From positions 5,836 to 69,835 of the forward strand of contig JALFIR010000017.1 in the NCBI GenBank assembly GCA_022776215.1: DNA of 64,000 nt, given 5' to 3'. Shown in pieces: positions 27,152-35,656 of this stretch. The first letter of the stretch is position 1. Every line of letters starts with the position of its first letter. The translations under genes and the position numbers were made by a program. The notes beneath the pieces are model-generated. The model saw only the letters and a program-made list of their open reading frames with translations, searched no databases and was not told the origin of the DNA. Origin of the DNA: Solobacterium sp. Lineage in GTDB: Bacteria > Bacillota_I > Bacilli_A > Erysipelotrichales > Erysipelotrichaceae.

Positions 27152-28300
27152 GTCTATATAGGCTTTGATTCTAGTAACTGCTTCTTTGATATTTACAAGC
27201 GAAGTAGCTAAGTTAACTCTAACATAGCTACCATAGTCTTTTGAGAATGAGACACCAGAATTTACAAGAATGTTGCATTCTTTTTCAAGTACTTCAGCTA
27301 CATTAGCTTCTTTAATTGATTTAGAGAAGTCAGGGAAGATTAGGTATGAGCCTTCAAGTTCAGGCATATCGCAATAATCTTTCATTTCTTCTTTGAAATA
27401 TAGATAGTTCTCATAGATTGCGTTTGTGAAACCATCTAGCCATTCACTACCATACTTATAACAGTAATAAGAAGCTAAGCCATTGAAAGCGTTAGGATCT
27501 TGGATGTCATGGTATGCTTGGTATTCATCGATTTTCTTTAGCCATTCAGCATTTGGACATACGATATGTGAATGTTGGAATAGGGCTAATGAGAAGGTCT
27601 TAGATTCAGCGTTTAGAGTAATAATGTCATTTTCATATTCTTTTAAGGCTAAGCTTGGAAGAAATTTGTATCCTGGCATGATTAGTTCTGAATGTACTTC
27701 ATCTGATACGACAATGACATTGTGTCTATGTGTAATTTCAAATAATTTTTCTAATTCTTCTTTAGTCCAGATTCTGCCAACTGGGTTACATGGAGAGCAT
27801 AGAATCATTAATTTAACGTCTTTTTCAACGATTTTCTTTTCAATGTCTTCATAGTTCATTTCAAAGTGGTAGTTGTCGTTGATAAGAGGTGATTCTACTA
27901 GTGTTCTTTTGGTGTTGTCGATTGTGTAGAAGAAGTGATGGTAGATTGGTGTTGTCATCAAAATAGCATCACCTTCATTAGTTAGTGAACAAATAACATG
28001 TGTTAAACCATCGATGGCACCTTTAGAGAATCTAATCCATTCTTTTTTGTAGGTAATGTTAGATTGTTTTTCATTCCACTTAATATAAGCATCAAAGTAA
28101 TCTTCTGGTAAGAATGAATAACCATAACTTCCGTGCCTAATTCTTTCAACTAGCTTATCGATTACGATTTGTGGTTCCTTAAAGTCAGCGTCCGCAATCC
28201 ATAAAGGCAGTTTACCTTTAACGTTGGGATTGTCCCATTTAACACTGTTGGTTCCTTCTCTTTTTACGTAGTACTTTTCTGTAAATTCTTGTGCGTTCAT
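27137..28300 (-). CDS. PLP-dependent C-S lyase / aminotransferase (MalY/PatB family)
   Basis: Class I/II aminotransferase fold with the SKTF lysine motif and a PatB-like N-terminus (VKWDNP...LPLWIADADF). SD AGGGGGA. Confidence 0.85.
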   Translation of the reverse strand: MNAQEFTEKYYVKREGTNSVKWDNPNVKGKLPLWIADADFKEPQIVIDKLVERIRHGSYGYSFLPEDYFDAYIKWNEKQSNITYKKEWIRFSKGAIDGLTHVICSLTNEGDAILMTTPIYHHFFYTIDNTKRTLVESPLINDNYHFEMNYEDIEKKIVEKDVKLMILCSPCNPVGRIWTKEELEKLFEITHRHNVIVVSDEVHSELIMPGYKFLPSLALKEYENDIITLNAESKTFSLALFQHSHIVCPNAEWLKKIDEYQAYHDIQDPNAFNGLASYYCYKYGSEWLDGFTNAIYENYLYFKEEMKDYCDMPELEGSYLIFPDFSKSIKEANVAEVLEKECNILVNSGVSFSKDYGSYVRVNLATSLVNIKEAVTRIKAYIDERRA

Positions 28301-28308
28301 TTTTCCCC

Positions 28309-28836
28309 CTAGTATTGAATTTTATTGAATACTTCGTTTGCGCGTTCTTCATCAAGTAGTGTTTTGATGATTAGATGGGCAAACTCAAATTCACCACCTA
28401 GTCCAATGCCAGTGATGATATTTCCTTCTTTGATCGCTTTTTCTTTTGCGGGTTTTAGTCCACATTCAAAGCCTGGGTAGCAAGTAAAGCGTTCTTGCTT
28501 AAGAAGACCTTTGTGATTAAGTATGGATGGTGCAGCACAGATTGCTGCAATTAGTTTGTTATTTTCCATGAAATAATCGATTATCTTATTTACTCTTGGA
28601 TCGTTTTCTAGATTCAAGGTTCCAGGCATGCCACCAGGTAATATTATCGCATTATAATCTTGATAATTAAAGTTGTCGATGTGAATATCTGTTCTAAATG
28701 AAACATTATGTGATGATGTTATTTCGTCTTCTAGTCCAACTAGTTTAACGTCGATGCCACTTCTATAAAGTAGGTCGTAAACAAGTAATGCTTCGCATTC
28801 TTCTAGCCCTGGGGCACATATAATTCCAACTTTCAT
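28309..28836 (-). CDS. DJ-1/PfpI family protein
   Basis: AAICAAP nucleophile elbow and ILPGGMPG. Confidence 0.85.
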   Translation of the reverse strand: MKVGIICAPGLEECEALLVYDLLYRSGIDVKLVGLEDEITSSHNVSFRTDIHIDNFNYQDYNAIILPGGMPGTLNLENDPRVNKIIDYFMENNKLIAAICAAPSILNHKGLLKQERFTCYPGFECGLKPAKEKAIKEGNIITGIGLGGEFEFAHLIIKTLLDEERANEVFNKIQY

Positions 28837-28872
28837 AAAAATACCTCTCTTTTTTATTATAAAATTAAAGGT

Positions 28873-30429
28873 ATGAAGAAGATAATGTATTTGTATGAAA
28901 ATTGTAAAATGCCTCTTAGAACTGCTTTCTTTGGGTTTATGTTGATGGCGTTTGGTTTTTTAATTAAGAACGAAAATGTTAATATTTTTTATACTTTCAC
29001 AAACACTTATTTGTTGATGTTTGCGGATGGTTGTGCTTTATTAGGTCAGACAATTGTTTCTAATTTGCCTTTGATTTTTATGATTTATCTTGTTTGTAAG
29101 AAAGCAAATAGTGGTATTCCAATTCTTTTGGCTTTAGTTGGTTATTTTAGTTTCTTGATTACGATGACTTTGTTTGTACCACAAAATTTATCTAGTATCG
29201 CTTATACAACAAATTCCGGTATAAATGCGATGATTAATATTAATGGCAATGCTAAGTATCCACTTGAAACAGGTATGATTGGTGCTTTTGTGGTTGCTTT
29301 TATTACAAGATTTTCATATATCAGAAGTAGACATCGTTCTAGTCATAGCTTATTAGGTTTTTTACATAAGGATTCAGCTGCTTTGATATACAATGTGGTA
29401 CTTTGTACAGCAGCCGGTATGTTGTTTTCTTATGTTGGTCCTTTATTCTATACATATTTTGCCAAGGGTATTGTTTATATTTCAAAAAACTTGGATGATC
29501 CTTATAAGATGCTAATTTATGGTTTCTTAGATCAAACAATGTCGATATTAGGATTGTCTAATGCGATTAGATATCCATTCTGGTTTACATCTCTTGGGGG
29601 ATCGTTTCAAACATTGTCAGGGCAAAGCATTGTTGGTGATGTGAATATTTGGCAATATGTTAAGGATAGTGTAACTACTTATACCGGTGCTGGTAGATTT
29701 ATCACACCTTATTATGTGATTAATCTGTTTATGGTGCCAGCATGTTATTTGGGAATTTATTTATCTTTTACAGACAAGGAAACAAAGATTAAGATGCTGT
29801 TGCCACTAATTCTTATAAGTTTAATTTCAATTGTATGTGGTTCACCACTTCCATTGATGTTGTTTTTGTTGTTTACAAGTCCATTATTGTTGCTTGGCTT
29901 CGTGTTTATAGCTGCTTGTGTATATGGCTATTTTACATATGCGGGTGTTTATTTAGGTTCTTCTATTAGTAATTATTCAACTGTTACGGCCTTACCTGGT
30001 AGTTTCCCTGATTTTATTATTAATATTAGAAGCATCAATCATTATGATGCGATTATTTCGATTGTTATGGTTGGTATTATTTGTTTTGTGGTGGTATTAG
30101 CTTTATGTATTCTATATTATCGTCATTTGTGCTATATGGTGGTTAATCCAACTAAGGATGAGAAGACAATTAAAGATATTATTGAAAAGTTAGGTGGTTT
30201 GGATAATATCGAAGGTGCTAGTTCAGGTTTGTTGGAGGTTAATTTTAATCTTGTAGATATTGAAAATATTAATACAGAAGAATTGTCTACTTTAGCAGTT
30301 CCTAAGATTTTTGAGACAAAGACCGGTGTTACCTTAAAAATGGGCTCTAGCAGTTATATCATTGCGAAATATGTTAATAAATATATTAGTGAAAAGGATG
30401 TTAAAGTAGAGTCTGTTGAGGCTGAATAA
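28873..30429 (+). CDS. PTS EIIC-like membrane protein with degenerate C-terminal EIIB-like domain
   Basis: EIIC(Glc)-like blocks (LPLIFMIYL...ALVGY; YGFLDQTMSILGLSNAIRYPFWF). The C-terminal LGGLDNIEGASSGLLEVNF is EIIB-like but lacks the phosphorylatable Cys. Confidence 0.55.
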   Translation: MKKIMYLYENCKMPLRTAFFGFMLMAFGFLIKNENVNIFYTFTNTYLLMFADGCALLGQTIVSNLPLIFMIYLVCKKANSGIPILLALVGYFSFLITMTLFVPQNLSSIAYTTNSGINAMININGNAKYPLETGMIGAFVVAFITRFSYIRSRHRSSHSLLGFLHKDSAALIYNVVLCTAAGMLFSYVGPLFYTYFAKGIVYISKNLDDPYKMLIYGFLDQTMSILGLSNAIRYPFWFTSLGGSFQTLSGQSIVGDVNIWQYVKDSVTTYTGAGRFITPYYVINLFMVPACYLGIYLSFTDKETKIKMLLPLILISLISIVCGSPLPLMLFLLFTSPLLLLGFVFIAACVYGYFTYAGVYLGSSISNYSTVTALPGSFPDFIINIRSINHYDAIISIVMVGIICFVVVLALCILYYRHLCYMVVNPTKDEKTIKDIIEKLGGLDNIEGASSGLLEVNFNLVDIENINTEELSTLAVPKIFETKTGVTLKMGSSSYIIAKYVNKYISEKDVKVESVEAE

Positions 30430-30433
30430 TTGT

Positions 30434-30462
30434 TTGACAAACAGTATCAGATTTAATAGAAT
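30434..30462 (+). promoter_or_regulatory. Sigma-70-type promoter of rpmH (TTGACA-17-TAGAAT)
   Basis: TTGACA at 30434-30439, a 17-nt spacer, TAGAAT at 30457-30462. Confidence 0.7.
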
Positions 30463-30496
30463 ATTAAAGTAATTCGATTAAAGAAAGGTGGCTCGT

Positions 30497-30631
30497 ATGA
30501 AAAGAACTTATCAGCCTAGTAAAAGAAAGCACCAAAATACTTGTGGCTTTAGAGCTCGTATGAAAACTGTTGGTGGTCGTAAGGTTATCAATAGACGTCG
30601 CGCTAAAGGTAGAAAGGTATTATCTGCTTAA
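30497..30631 (+). CDS. rpmH: 50S ribosomal protein L34
   Basis: [44 protein letters not shown], preceded by SD AAAGGTGG. Not in the ORF track because it is too short. Confidence 0.95.
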   Translation: MKRTYQPSKRKHQNTCGFRARMKTVGGRKVINRRRAKGRKVLSA

Positions 30632-30633
30632 TT

Positions 30634-30658
30634 AAAGCCACACTTACGTGGCTTTTTT
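30634..30658 (+). terminator. Intrinsic terminator/attenuator between rpmH and rnpA
   Basis: AGCCAC (30636-30641) pairs with GTGGCT (30648-30653), followed by TTTTTT. Confidence 0.7.
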
Positions 30659-30665
30659 AAAATTT

Positions 30666-30998
30666 ATGATTAAAAAATATAGAGTTAGGAAAAACGAGGA
30701 TTTTTCCAAAATTATTAAAAAGAGAAAAAGTGTAGCTGATCAAAGTTTTATCGTTTATTATTACAAGAAACAAGAGGCACATTCTAGAGTGGGCATTTCT
30801 GTTTCTAAGAAACTTGGAAATGCGGTTGAGCGTAATAAAATTAAACGTCAAGTTAGGATGATGTTCGCTAATATTTATGACTTTGATAACAGTCCAAGCG
30901 ATCTTGTAGTGATTATAAGAAAGGGCTATTTAGAGAAAAGTTTCAGTGATAATCAAAACAATTTGGAAAAGCTTATTAAAAAAGCTATAATTATTTAG
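30666..30998 (+). CDS. rnpA: Ribonuclease P protein component
   Basis: KKLGNAVERNKIKRQVR (RNR motif). The start was trimmed to MIKKYRVRK. Confidence 0.9.
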   Translation: MIKKYRVRKNEDFSKIIKKRKSVADQSFIVYYYKKQEAHSRVGISVSKKLGNAVERNKIKRQVRMMFANIYDFDNSPSDLVVIIRKGYLEKSFSDNQNNLEKLIKKAIII

Positions 30999-31022
30999 TA
31001 TTTGCAAGGAGTTTTTGTGTAT

Positions 31023-31859
31023 ATGAATAAAAAGAAACTAACAATTGTATTAAGTTCCTTATTCTTACTACTTTTTTTGAGTGGTTGTAGTAATAGTAGC
31101 GAATTAATTTCATTGTCTACACCAATTAGTGATGTTAAGGCTGATGGCTTCTTAACTGTAATTTTGACTTATCCTTTAGCTCAAGCCATTAACTACTTAA
31201 GTGTTCATGTGGGTGTTTTCTGGGCAATCACAATTGTTACTTTAGTATTGAATGCGATTATCTTGGCGTTAACATTTAAGTCAAATGTTGCGATGCAAAA
31301 GATGCAAGAGGTACAACCTGAGATTCAAAAGATTCAATTAAAATATGAGGGTAGAACTGATTCAGCTAGCCAACAAAAGGCTGCTATGGAGATGCAAAAG
31401 GTTTATGCGAAGTATAACATTAACCCTATGACTTCAATGTTGGCTACATTCATTCAATTTCCTATTTTGATTTCAATGTATGCTGCTGTTAGAAGAAGTG
31501 CTGAAGTTAAGAATGGTTCTTTCTTTGGTTATTCTCTAGATTTAACACCAAGAGAAGCCTTTGTGGAACATGCTTGGATTTTAATTGTTATTTTCGTATT
31601 AATGATTGTCTTCCAATTATTGTCTGTAAGTATAGTAAGATGGTTGGCTAATTCTAGAGCTAAGAAGGAAGCTGAGAAGCACCATAAGCACTATGAAAAA
31701 CCAAAAGATAACACTACTTTCATGACTTATGGTATGACTGCCTTTATCGGCGTGATTATGTTGTCATGGCCAACTGCATTGTCTTTATATTACTGTATCT
31801 ATTCTGTAATCAATATTGTAAAGTCTATCGTTATCGATAAGATGTCTCATAAGGACTAG
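31023..31859 (+). CDS. yidC: Membrane protein insertase YidC (lipoprotein type)
   Basis: Lipobox LFLSGCS, followed by YidC/Oxa1 core TM segments and a basic C-terminal tail. Confidence 0.9.
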   Translation: MNKKKLTIVLSSLFLLLFLSGCSNSSELISLSTPISDVKADGFLTVILTYPLAQAINYLSVHVGVFWAITIVTLVLNAIILALTFKSNVAMQKMQEVQPEIQKIQLKYEGRTDSASQQKAAMEMQKVYAKYNINPMTSMLATFIQFPILISMYAAVRRSAEVKNGSFFGYSLDLTPREAFVEHAWILIVIFVLMIVFQLLSVSIVRWLANSRAKKEAEKHHKHYEKPKDNTTFMTYGMTAFIGVIMLSWPTALSLYYCIYSVINIVKSIVIDKMSHKD

Positions 31860-31870
31860 GAAGGCGAATT

Positions 31871-32497
31871 ATGAAACAATATACTGGTAAAACATTAGAT
31901 GATGTATTGAATATTATTACAAGTTCAACAGGTTGCGAAATTAAGGATGTTACTTATGAAGTAATTAGCGAAGAGAAGCACTTATTCGGAATCGGCAATA
32001 GTGTTACTGTTGAAGCTTATACACCTAATGATATTAAAGAATTCATTTTTGATTACTTAGGTGCTTATTTTACCGAATTAAATCAAGGTGTTTCTATTGA
32101 AATAATTATTGAGAAGCAAGCTGATGAAACTAACTTATATAGGGTTGTTTTAGATGCTGAAAATAATGCGATTATCATTGGTAAGAATGGTCAAACTTTA
32201 AGAGCTATTTCTAACGTTTTGAAGGCTGCAGTTAATGCTACTTTCAAGAAGCGTATCAATGTTATTATTGATGTTAATCATTATAAGGAAGATCGTTATC
32301 GCAAGGTAAAAGCTATTGCTAATAGAGTAGCTAAGGAAGTTGCGAAGAGTCATGTAGATGCAGAACTTGATCCAATGCCTAATGATGAGAGAAAGGTTAT
32401 TCATCAATATCTTCAAGATTTCAAGCATGTCGAAACTTGTTCAATCGGTGAGGGCAACAAGAGACATCTTGTCATCAAATATAAGGAAGGAGAGTAA
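31871..32497 (+). CDS. khpB: RNA-binding protein Jag/KhpB (KH + R3H)
   Basis: Jag-N domain, KH GxxG (IIGKNGQTLRAI) and R3H (ERKVIHQYL). Confidence 0.85.
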   Translation: MKQYTGKTLDDVLNIITSSTGCEIKDVTYEVISEEKHLFGIGNSVTVEAYTPNDIKEFIFDYLGAYFTELNQGVSIEIIIEKQADETNLYRVVLDAENNAIIIGKNGQTLRAISNVLKAAVNATFKKRINVIIDVNHYKEDRYRKVKAIANRVAKEVAKSHVDAELDPMPNDERKVIHQYLQDFKHVETCSIGEGNKRHLVIKYKEGE

Positions 32498-32524
32498 AGT
32501 TCGTATTTACGAACTTTTTATTTT
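32496..32524 (+). terminator. Intrinsic terminator after jag
   Basis: AAAGTTCGT (32496-32504) pairs with ACGAACTTT (32509-32517), followed by a T-run. Confidence 0.7.
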
Positions 32525-32526
32525 AT

Positions 32527-33696
32527 ATGTTCACATTAATTCAAAAATTATTCATTCCAAATTATAAGGATACTAAAGATAAGACAGTAAGAGAAAGATA
32601 TGGTGTTGTCATGTCAATCTTTTGTATTGTCTGTAACTGTATTTTAGTTGTCTTTAAATTAATTGTTTCTTTTATTTCTAATAGCTTATCTATTAGAGCT
32701 GATGCCCTAAATAACTTATCAGATATGGGTTCGAATATTGCCTCATTATTAGGCTTTAAGGTCGCTAGCAAGCACCCTGATAGTGAACATCCATATGGTC
32801 ATGGTCGTGCTGAATATGTATCTGGTTTAATCATTGGTTTTTTGATTGTGGTTGCTGGCTTAACTTCGTTGGTTGATTCTATCAAGTCTATCTTTAATAA
32901 AGCCGATATGTCTTTTAATTACATTGCGGTAATTGTTGTATTATTCTCAATTTTGGTTAAATTGGTAATGGGTTATACAAACAAGAAGGCTGGTAAGTTG
33001 ATTCAATCAGAAACACTAGAGGCTACAAGTCAGGACAGTTTTAATGATGCATTATTGACTGCTACCACTTTAATTTCATTATTGGTATATAAATTCTTCA
33101 ACTTGAATATTGATGCCTATGTAGGTAGTTTTGTGAATATTATTGTAACTATCTCAGGTATTAAGATATCAGCTGATTTAATTAGTATCTTGATTGGTAA
33201 GTCTCCTGATAAGGAATTGATTAAGGAAATTGAAAAGACGGTTATGAATAATCCTGAGGTAATTGGTATTCATGATATGATTTTCCATGACTATGGTCCT
33301 GGTAGTCGTTTTGTCACTTTCCATGCTGAAGTAGATGCATCTAAGGATTTTGTTTATCTACATGATTGTATCGATAATATTGAAAATATGATTCTTGGTA
33401 AGTTCGGAGTTTTGACTACTATTCATATGGATCCAGTTGTTTTAAATGATGAAGAACTTAATAAATATAAGAATTTAGTTTTAAAGGTTATCAAGGAAAT
33501 GAATCCTAAATATAGTATTCATGATTTTAGAATTGTTAAGGGCCCATCACATACTAACTTGGTGTTTGACTTGTTGTTGCCAGTTGATGATGATAGGGAA
33601 CATAGTTTAATAAGAAGCGAACTAAATGAAAAAGTTAGGGCAATTAACCCTAACTTGAATTTAAGTATTAAGATTGAACACGGCTTTATCGCTTAA
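32527..33696 (+). CDS. Cation diffusion facilitator family transporter
   Basis: VRERYG...ADALNNLSD and HPYGHGRAEY motifs, with a C-terminal cytoplasmic domain. Confidence 0.85.
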   Translation: MFTLIQKLFIPNYKDTKDKTVRERYGVVMSIFCIVCNCILVVFKLIVSFISNSLSIRADALNNLSDMGSNIASLLGFKVASKHPDSEHPYGHGRAEYVSGLIIGFLIVVAGLTSLVDSIKSIFNKADMSFNYIAVIVVLFSILVKLVMGYTNKKAGKLIQSETLEATSQDSFNDALLTATTLISLLVYKFFNLNIDAYVGSFVNIIVTISGIKISADLISILIGKSPDKELIKEIEKTVMNNPEVIGIHDMIFHDYGPGSRFVTFHAEVDASKDFVYLHDCIDNIENMILGKFGVLTTIHMDPVVLNDEELNKYKNLVLKVIKEMNPKYSIHDFRIVKGPSHTNLVFDLLLPVDDDREHSLIRSELNEKVRAINPNLNLSIKIEHGFIA

Positions 33697-34483
33697 GCAT
33701 CATGATATTTAAGTCAGTTGGCTTAGATATACCTGGTACATTACCACTTTCACTGTATTGCCAGATAGTGAAGTCATGTGTTGTTTCTGGCTTATGGTAG
33801 AATTGGGCGAACCATAAAGGATATTTGTCTAACAATTCTTGATCATATAGTTCTAAAAGTGGTGTGTTTCCATACAACATCACTTGATATTTATTTTCTA
33901 ATATTTCAAAGAAGGCTTTGGCATTGTCGCTTACTTGTTGTTTAGCAAGCTTATTGGCACGGCCTTCTTTACTTTCTACGGTTTCATAGTCATAGACTAT
34001 TGGAAGTTGTATTTGTTTATTTTGTAGTTCTTTTTGTACAAACAGAGCTTCTTCTTGGGCTTCTTTTACAGTAGTAGCTTGTGAGAAGAAATAAACACCT
34101 ACTTTTATACCTTCATCTTGGGCACTAAGATAATTTTGTTCAAAAAGTTCATCTTTATAGATACCACCTTCGGTATAACCACGCCAGCCAATTCTAATGA
34201 AGGCAAATTCAACACCACTTTCTTTTACTTCTTTCCAGTTGATACTTTCATTATGTTCAGATACATCTATTCCTATAATGCTAGTATAAGTATCATCTTT
34301 GTATGTGTAGTATTCTTTTGAAGTATCAAACTTTTCTATTTCATATTGTCCACACTTTTCAATAAAAATAGGTTCTATTTCATCTTTATCTAAGATGGCT
34401 ATAAGACAAATTAGAAAAATTATTAAAACTGATAGTACGGGTATTAGCTTATTCTTCTTTTTCTTTCTTCTTTTCTTAGACAT
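33686..34483 (-). CDS. GH25 family lysozyme/muramidase, membrane-anchored
   Basis: N-terminal basic stretch plus a TM anchor. GIDVSEHNESINW...FAFIRIGWRGY. Confidence 0.85.
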   Translation of the reverse strand: MSKKRRKKKKNKLIPVLSVLIIFLICLIAILDKDEIEPIFIEKCGQYEIEKFDTSKEYYTYKDDTYTSIIGIDVSEHNESINWKEVKESGVEFAFIRIGWRGYTEGGIYKDELFEQNYLSAQDEGIKVGVYFFSQATTVKEAQEEALFVQKELQNKQIQLPIVYDYETVESKEGRANKLAKQQVSDNAKAFFEILENKYQVMLYGNTPLLELYDQELLDKYPLWFAQFYHKPETTHDFTIWQYSESGNVPGISKPTDLNIMMLKR

Positions 34484-34895
34484 ACAATTGTTCCAACTTC
34501 ACAATGCCATCTAAATTTGATAATAGATATTCCTTATCATCGTGAGTGAAGAAGTTGAATAAAACTTCGCCATTTCCCTCGTATGTTTCTAATAATTCTT
34601 TGAAGTATTCGCTAGTTTCCATATAATTCTTATTGCCATATAGTTCAAAGATAGTAACGAAACGATCTTCACTGACATTAAAATCATAGACAGCTGTCTT
34701 ATTAAAATCTTTTAGATAGTTTTTTAAATCAGGACTATTGAAGAAGTATCTGATGATGTCATAGTTGTCTTCTTTGGTAGCTGATACGGCTACTACTTTG
34801 ATATATAGGACAACATCAAGTGGTAACATCGTCATGTCTTCTTCGCTTGGTTTAAATTCACTCATTTGTTTAAGTGTCATATTGTTAACTAACAT
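34476..34895 (-). CDS. Hypothetical acidic protein
   Basis: 139-aa ORF translationally coupled on both sides: a 1-nt gap to ung and an 8-nt overlap with the GH25 gene. No recognisable family. Confidence 0.5.
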   Translation of the reverse strand: MLVNNMTLKQMSEFKPSEEDMTMLPLDVVLYIKVVAVSATKEDNYDIIRYFFNSPDLKNYLKDFNKTAVYDFNVSEDRFVTIFELYGNKNYMETSEYFKELLETYEGNGEVLFNFFTHDDKEYLLSNLDGIVKLEQLYV

Positions 34896-34896
34896 T

Positions 34897-35577
34897 CTAT
34901 TTCTCCCTTATATTTTCTATTTGCCAATCAATTGGGCTTAAGTTGTTTTTAATTAAATATTCATTAGTCTTAGAAAATGGCTTTGAGCCAAAGAAACCAT
35001 TATAGGCACTAAGTGGTGATGGGTGGGCTGATTCTAAGATTAAATGATTAGGATTAGTAATCAATTTAGTCTTGTTTCTAGCGTTTCTTCCCCATAGGAT
35101 ATATACCATATGTTCCTTGTTGTTAAGACTTGAAATAATCGCATCAGTAAGAATTTCCCAACCTTTTCCTTTATGAGAATTAGCTTTATGAGCTTCTACC
35201 GTTAAGACTGTGTTTAATAAAAGTACTCCTTGTTTAGCCCACTTTATAAGATAACCATTATCTGGTATGTATGTGTTTAAATCACTATTTAATTCTTTAT
35301 AGATGTTTAATAGTGATGGTGGTATTTGAATACCTTTGTTTACAGAGAAGGCTAGGCCATGGGCCTGGTTTTCTTCATGATAGGGATCTTGTCCTAGTAT
35401 TAAGACTTTTACTTCATTATATGGAGTGATTCTTAAGGCATTATAAATGTCTTTTGCGGGTGGAAAGATTGTTTGGCTTGAATACTCATTATTAAGAAAT
35501 ATTCTTAAGTTTTTATAATAATCTTTCTCGAATTCTTTTTCTAGGATTGTGTCCCAATCGTTGCCAATAAGTTTCAT
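34897..35577 (-). CDS. ung: Uracil-DNA glycosylase
   Basis: GQDPYH and HPSPLSA motifs. Confidence 0.95.
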   Translation of the reverse strand: MKLIGNDWDTILEKEFEKDYYKNLRIFLNNEYSSQTIFPPAKDIYNALRITPYNEVKVLILGQDPYHEENQAHGLAFSVNKGIQIPPSLLNIYKELNSDLNTYIPDNGYLIKWAKQGVLLLNTVLTVEAHKANSHKGKGWEILTDAIISSLNNKEHMVYILWGRNARNKTKLITNPNHLILESAHPSPLSAYNGFFGSKPFSKTNEYLIKNNLSPIDWQIENIREK

Positions 35578-35583
35578 ATATTT

Positions 35584-35589
35584 ATTGTA
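35584..35589 (-). promoter_or_regulatory. -10 box TACAAT 6 nt before the ung ATG (leaderless geometry)
   Basis: The minus strand reads TACAAT-AAATAT-ATG with no SD. Confidence 0.45.
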
Positions 35590-35644
35590 AATGAGATTTG
35601 GGAATTTTTTATGCTAGCTTGATATATTCTTTTTAAAAATGAAG

Positions 35645-35650
35645 TAAAAT
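35645..35650 (+). promoter_or_regulatory. -10 box TAAAAT 6 nt before the uvrA ATG (leaderless geometry)
   Basis: TAAAAT-AACTTT-ATG with no SD. Confidence 0.45.
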
Positions 35651-35656
35651 AACTTT

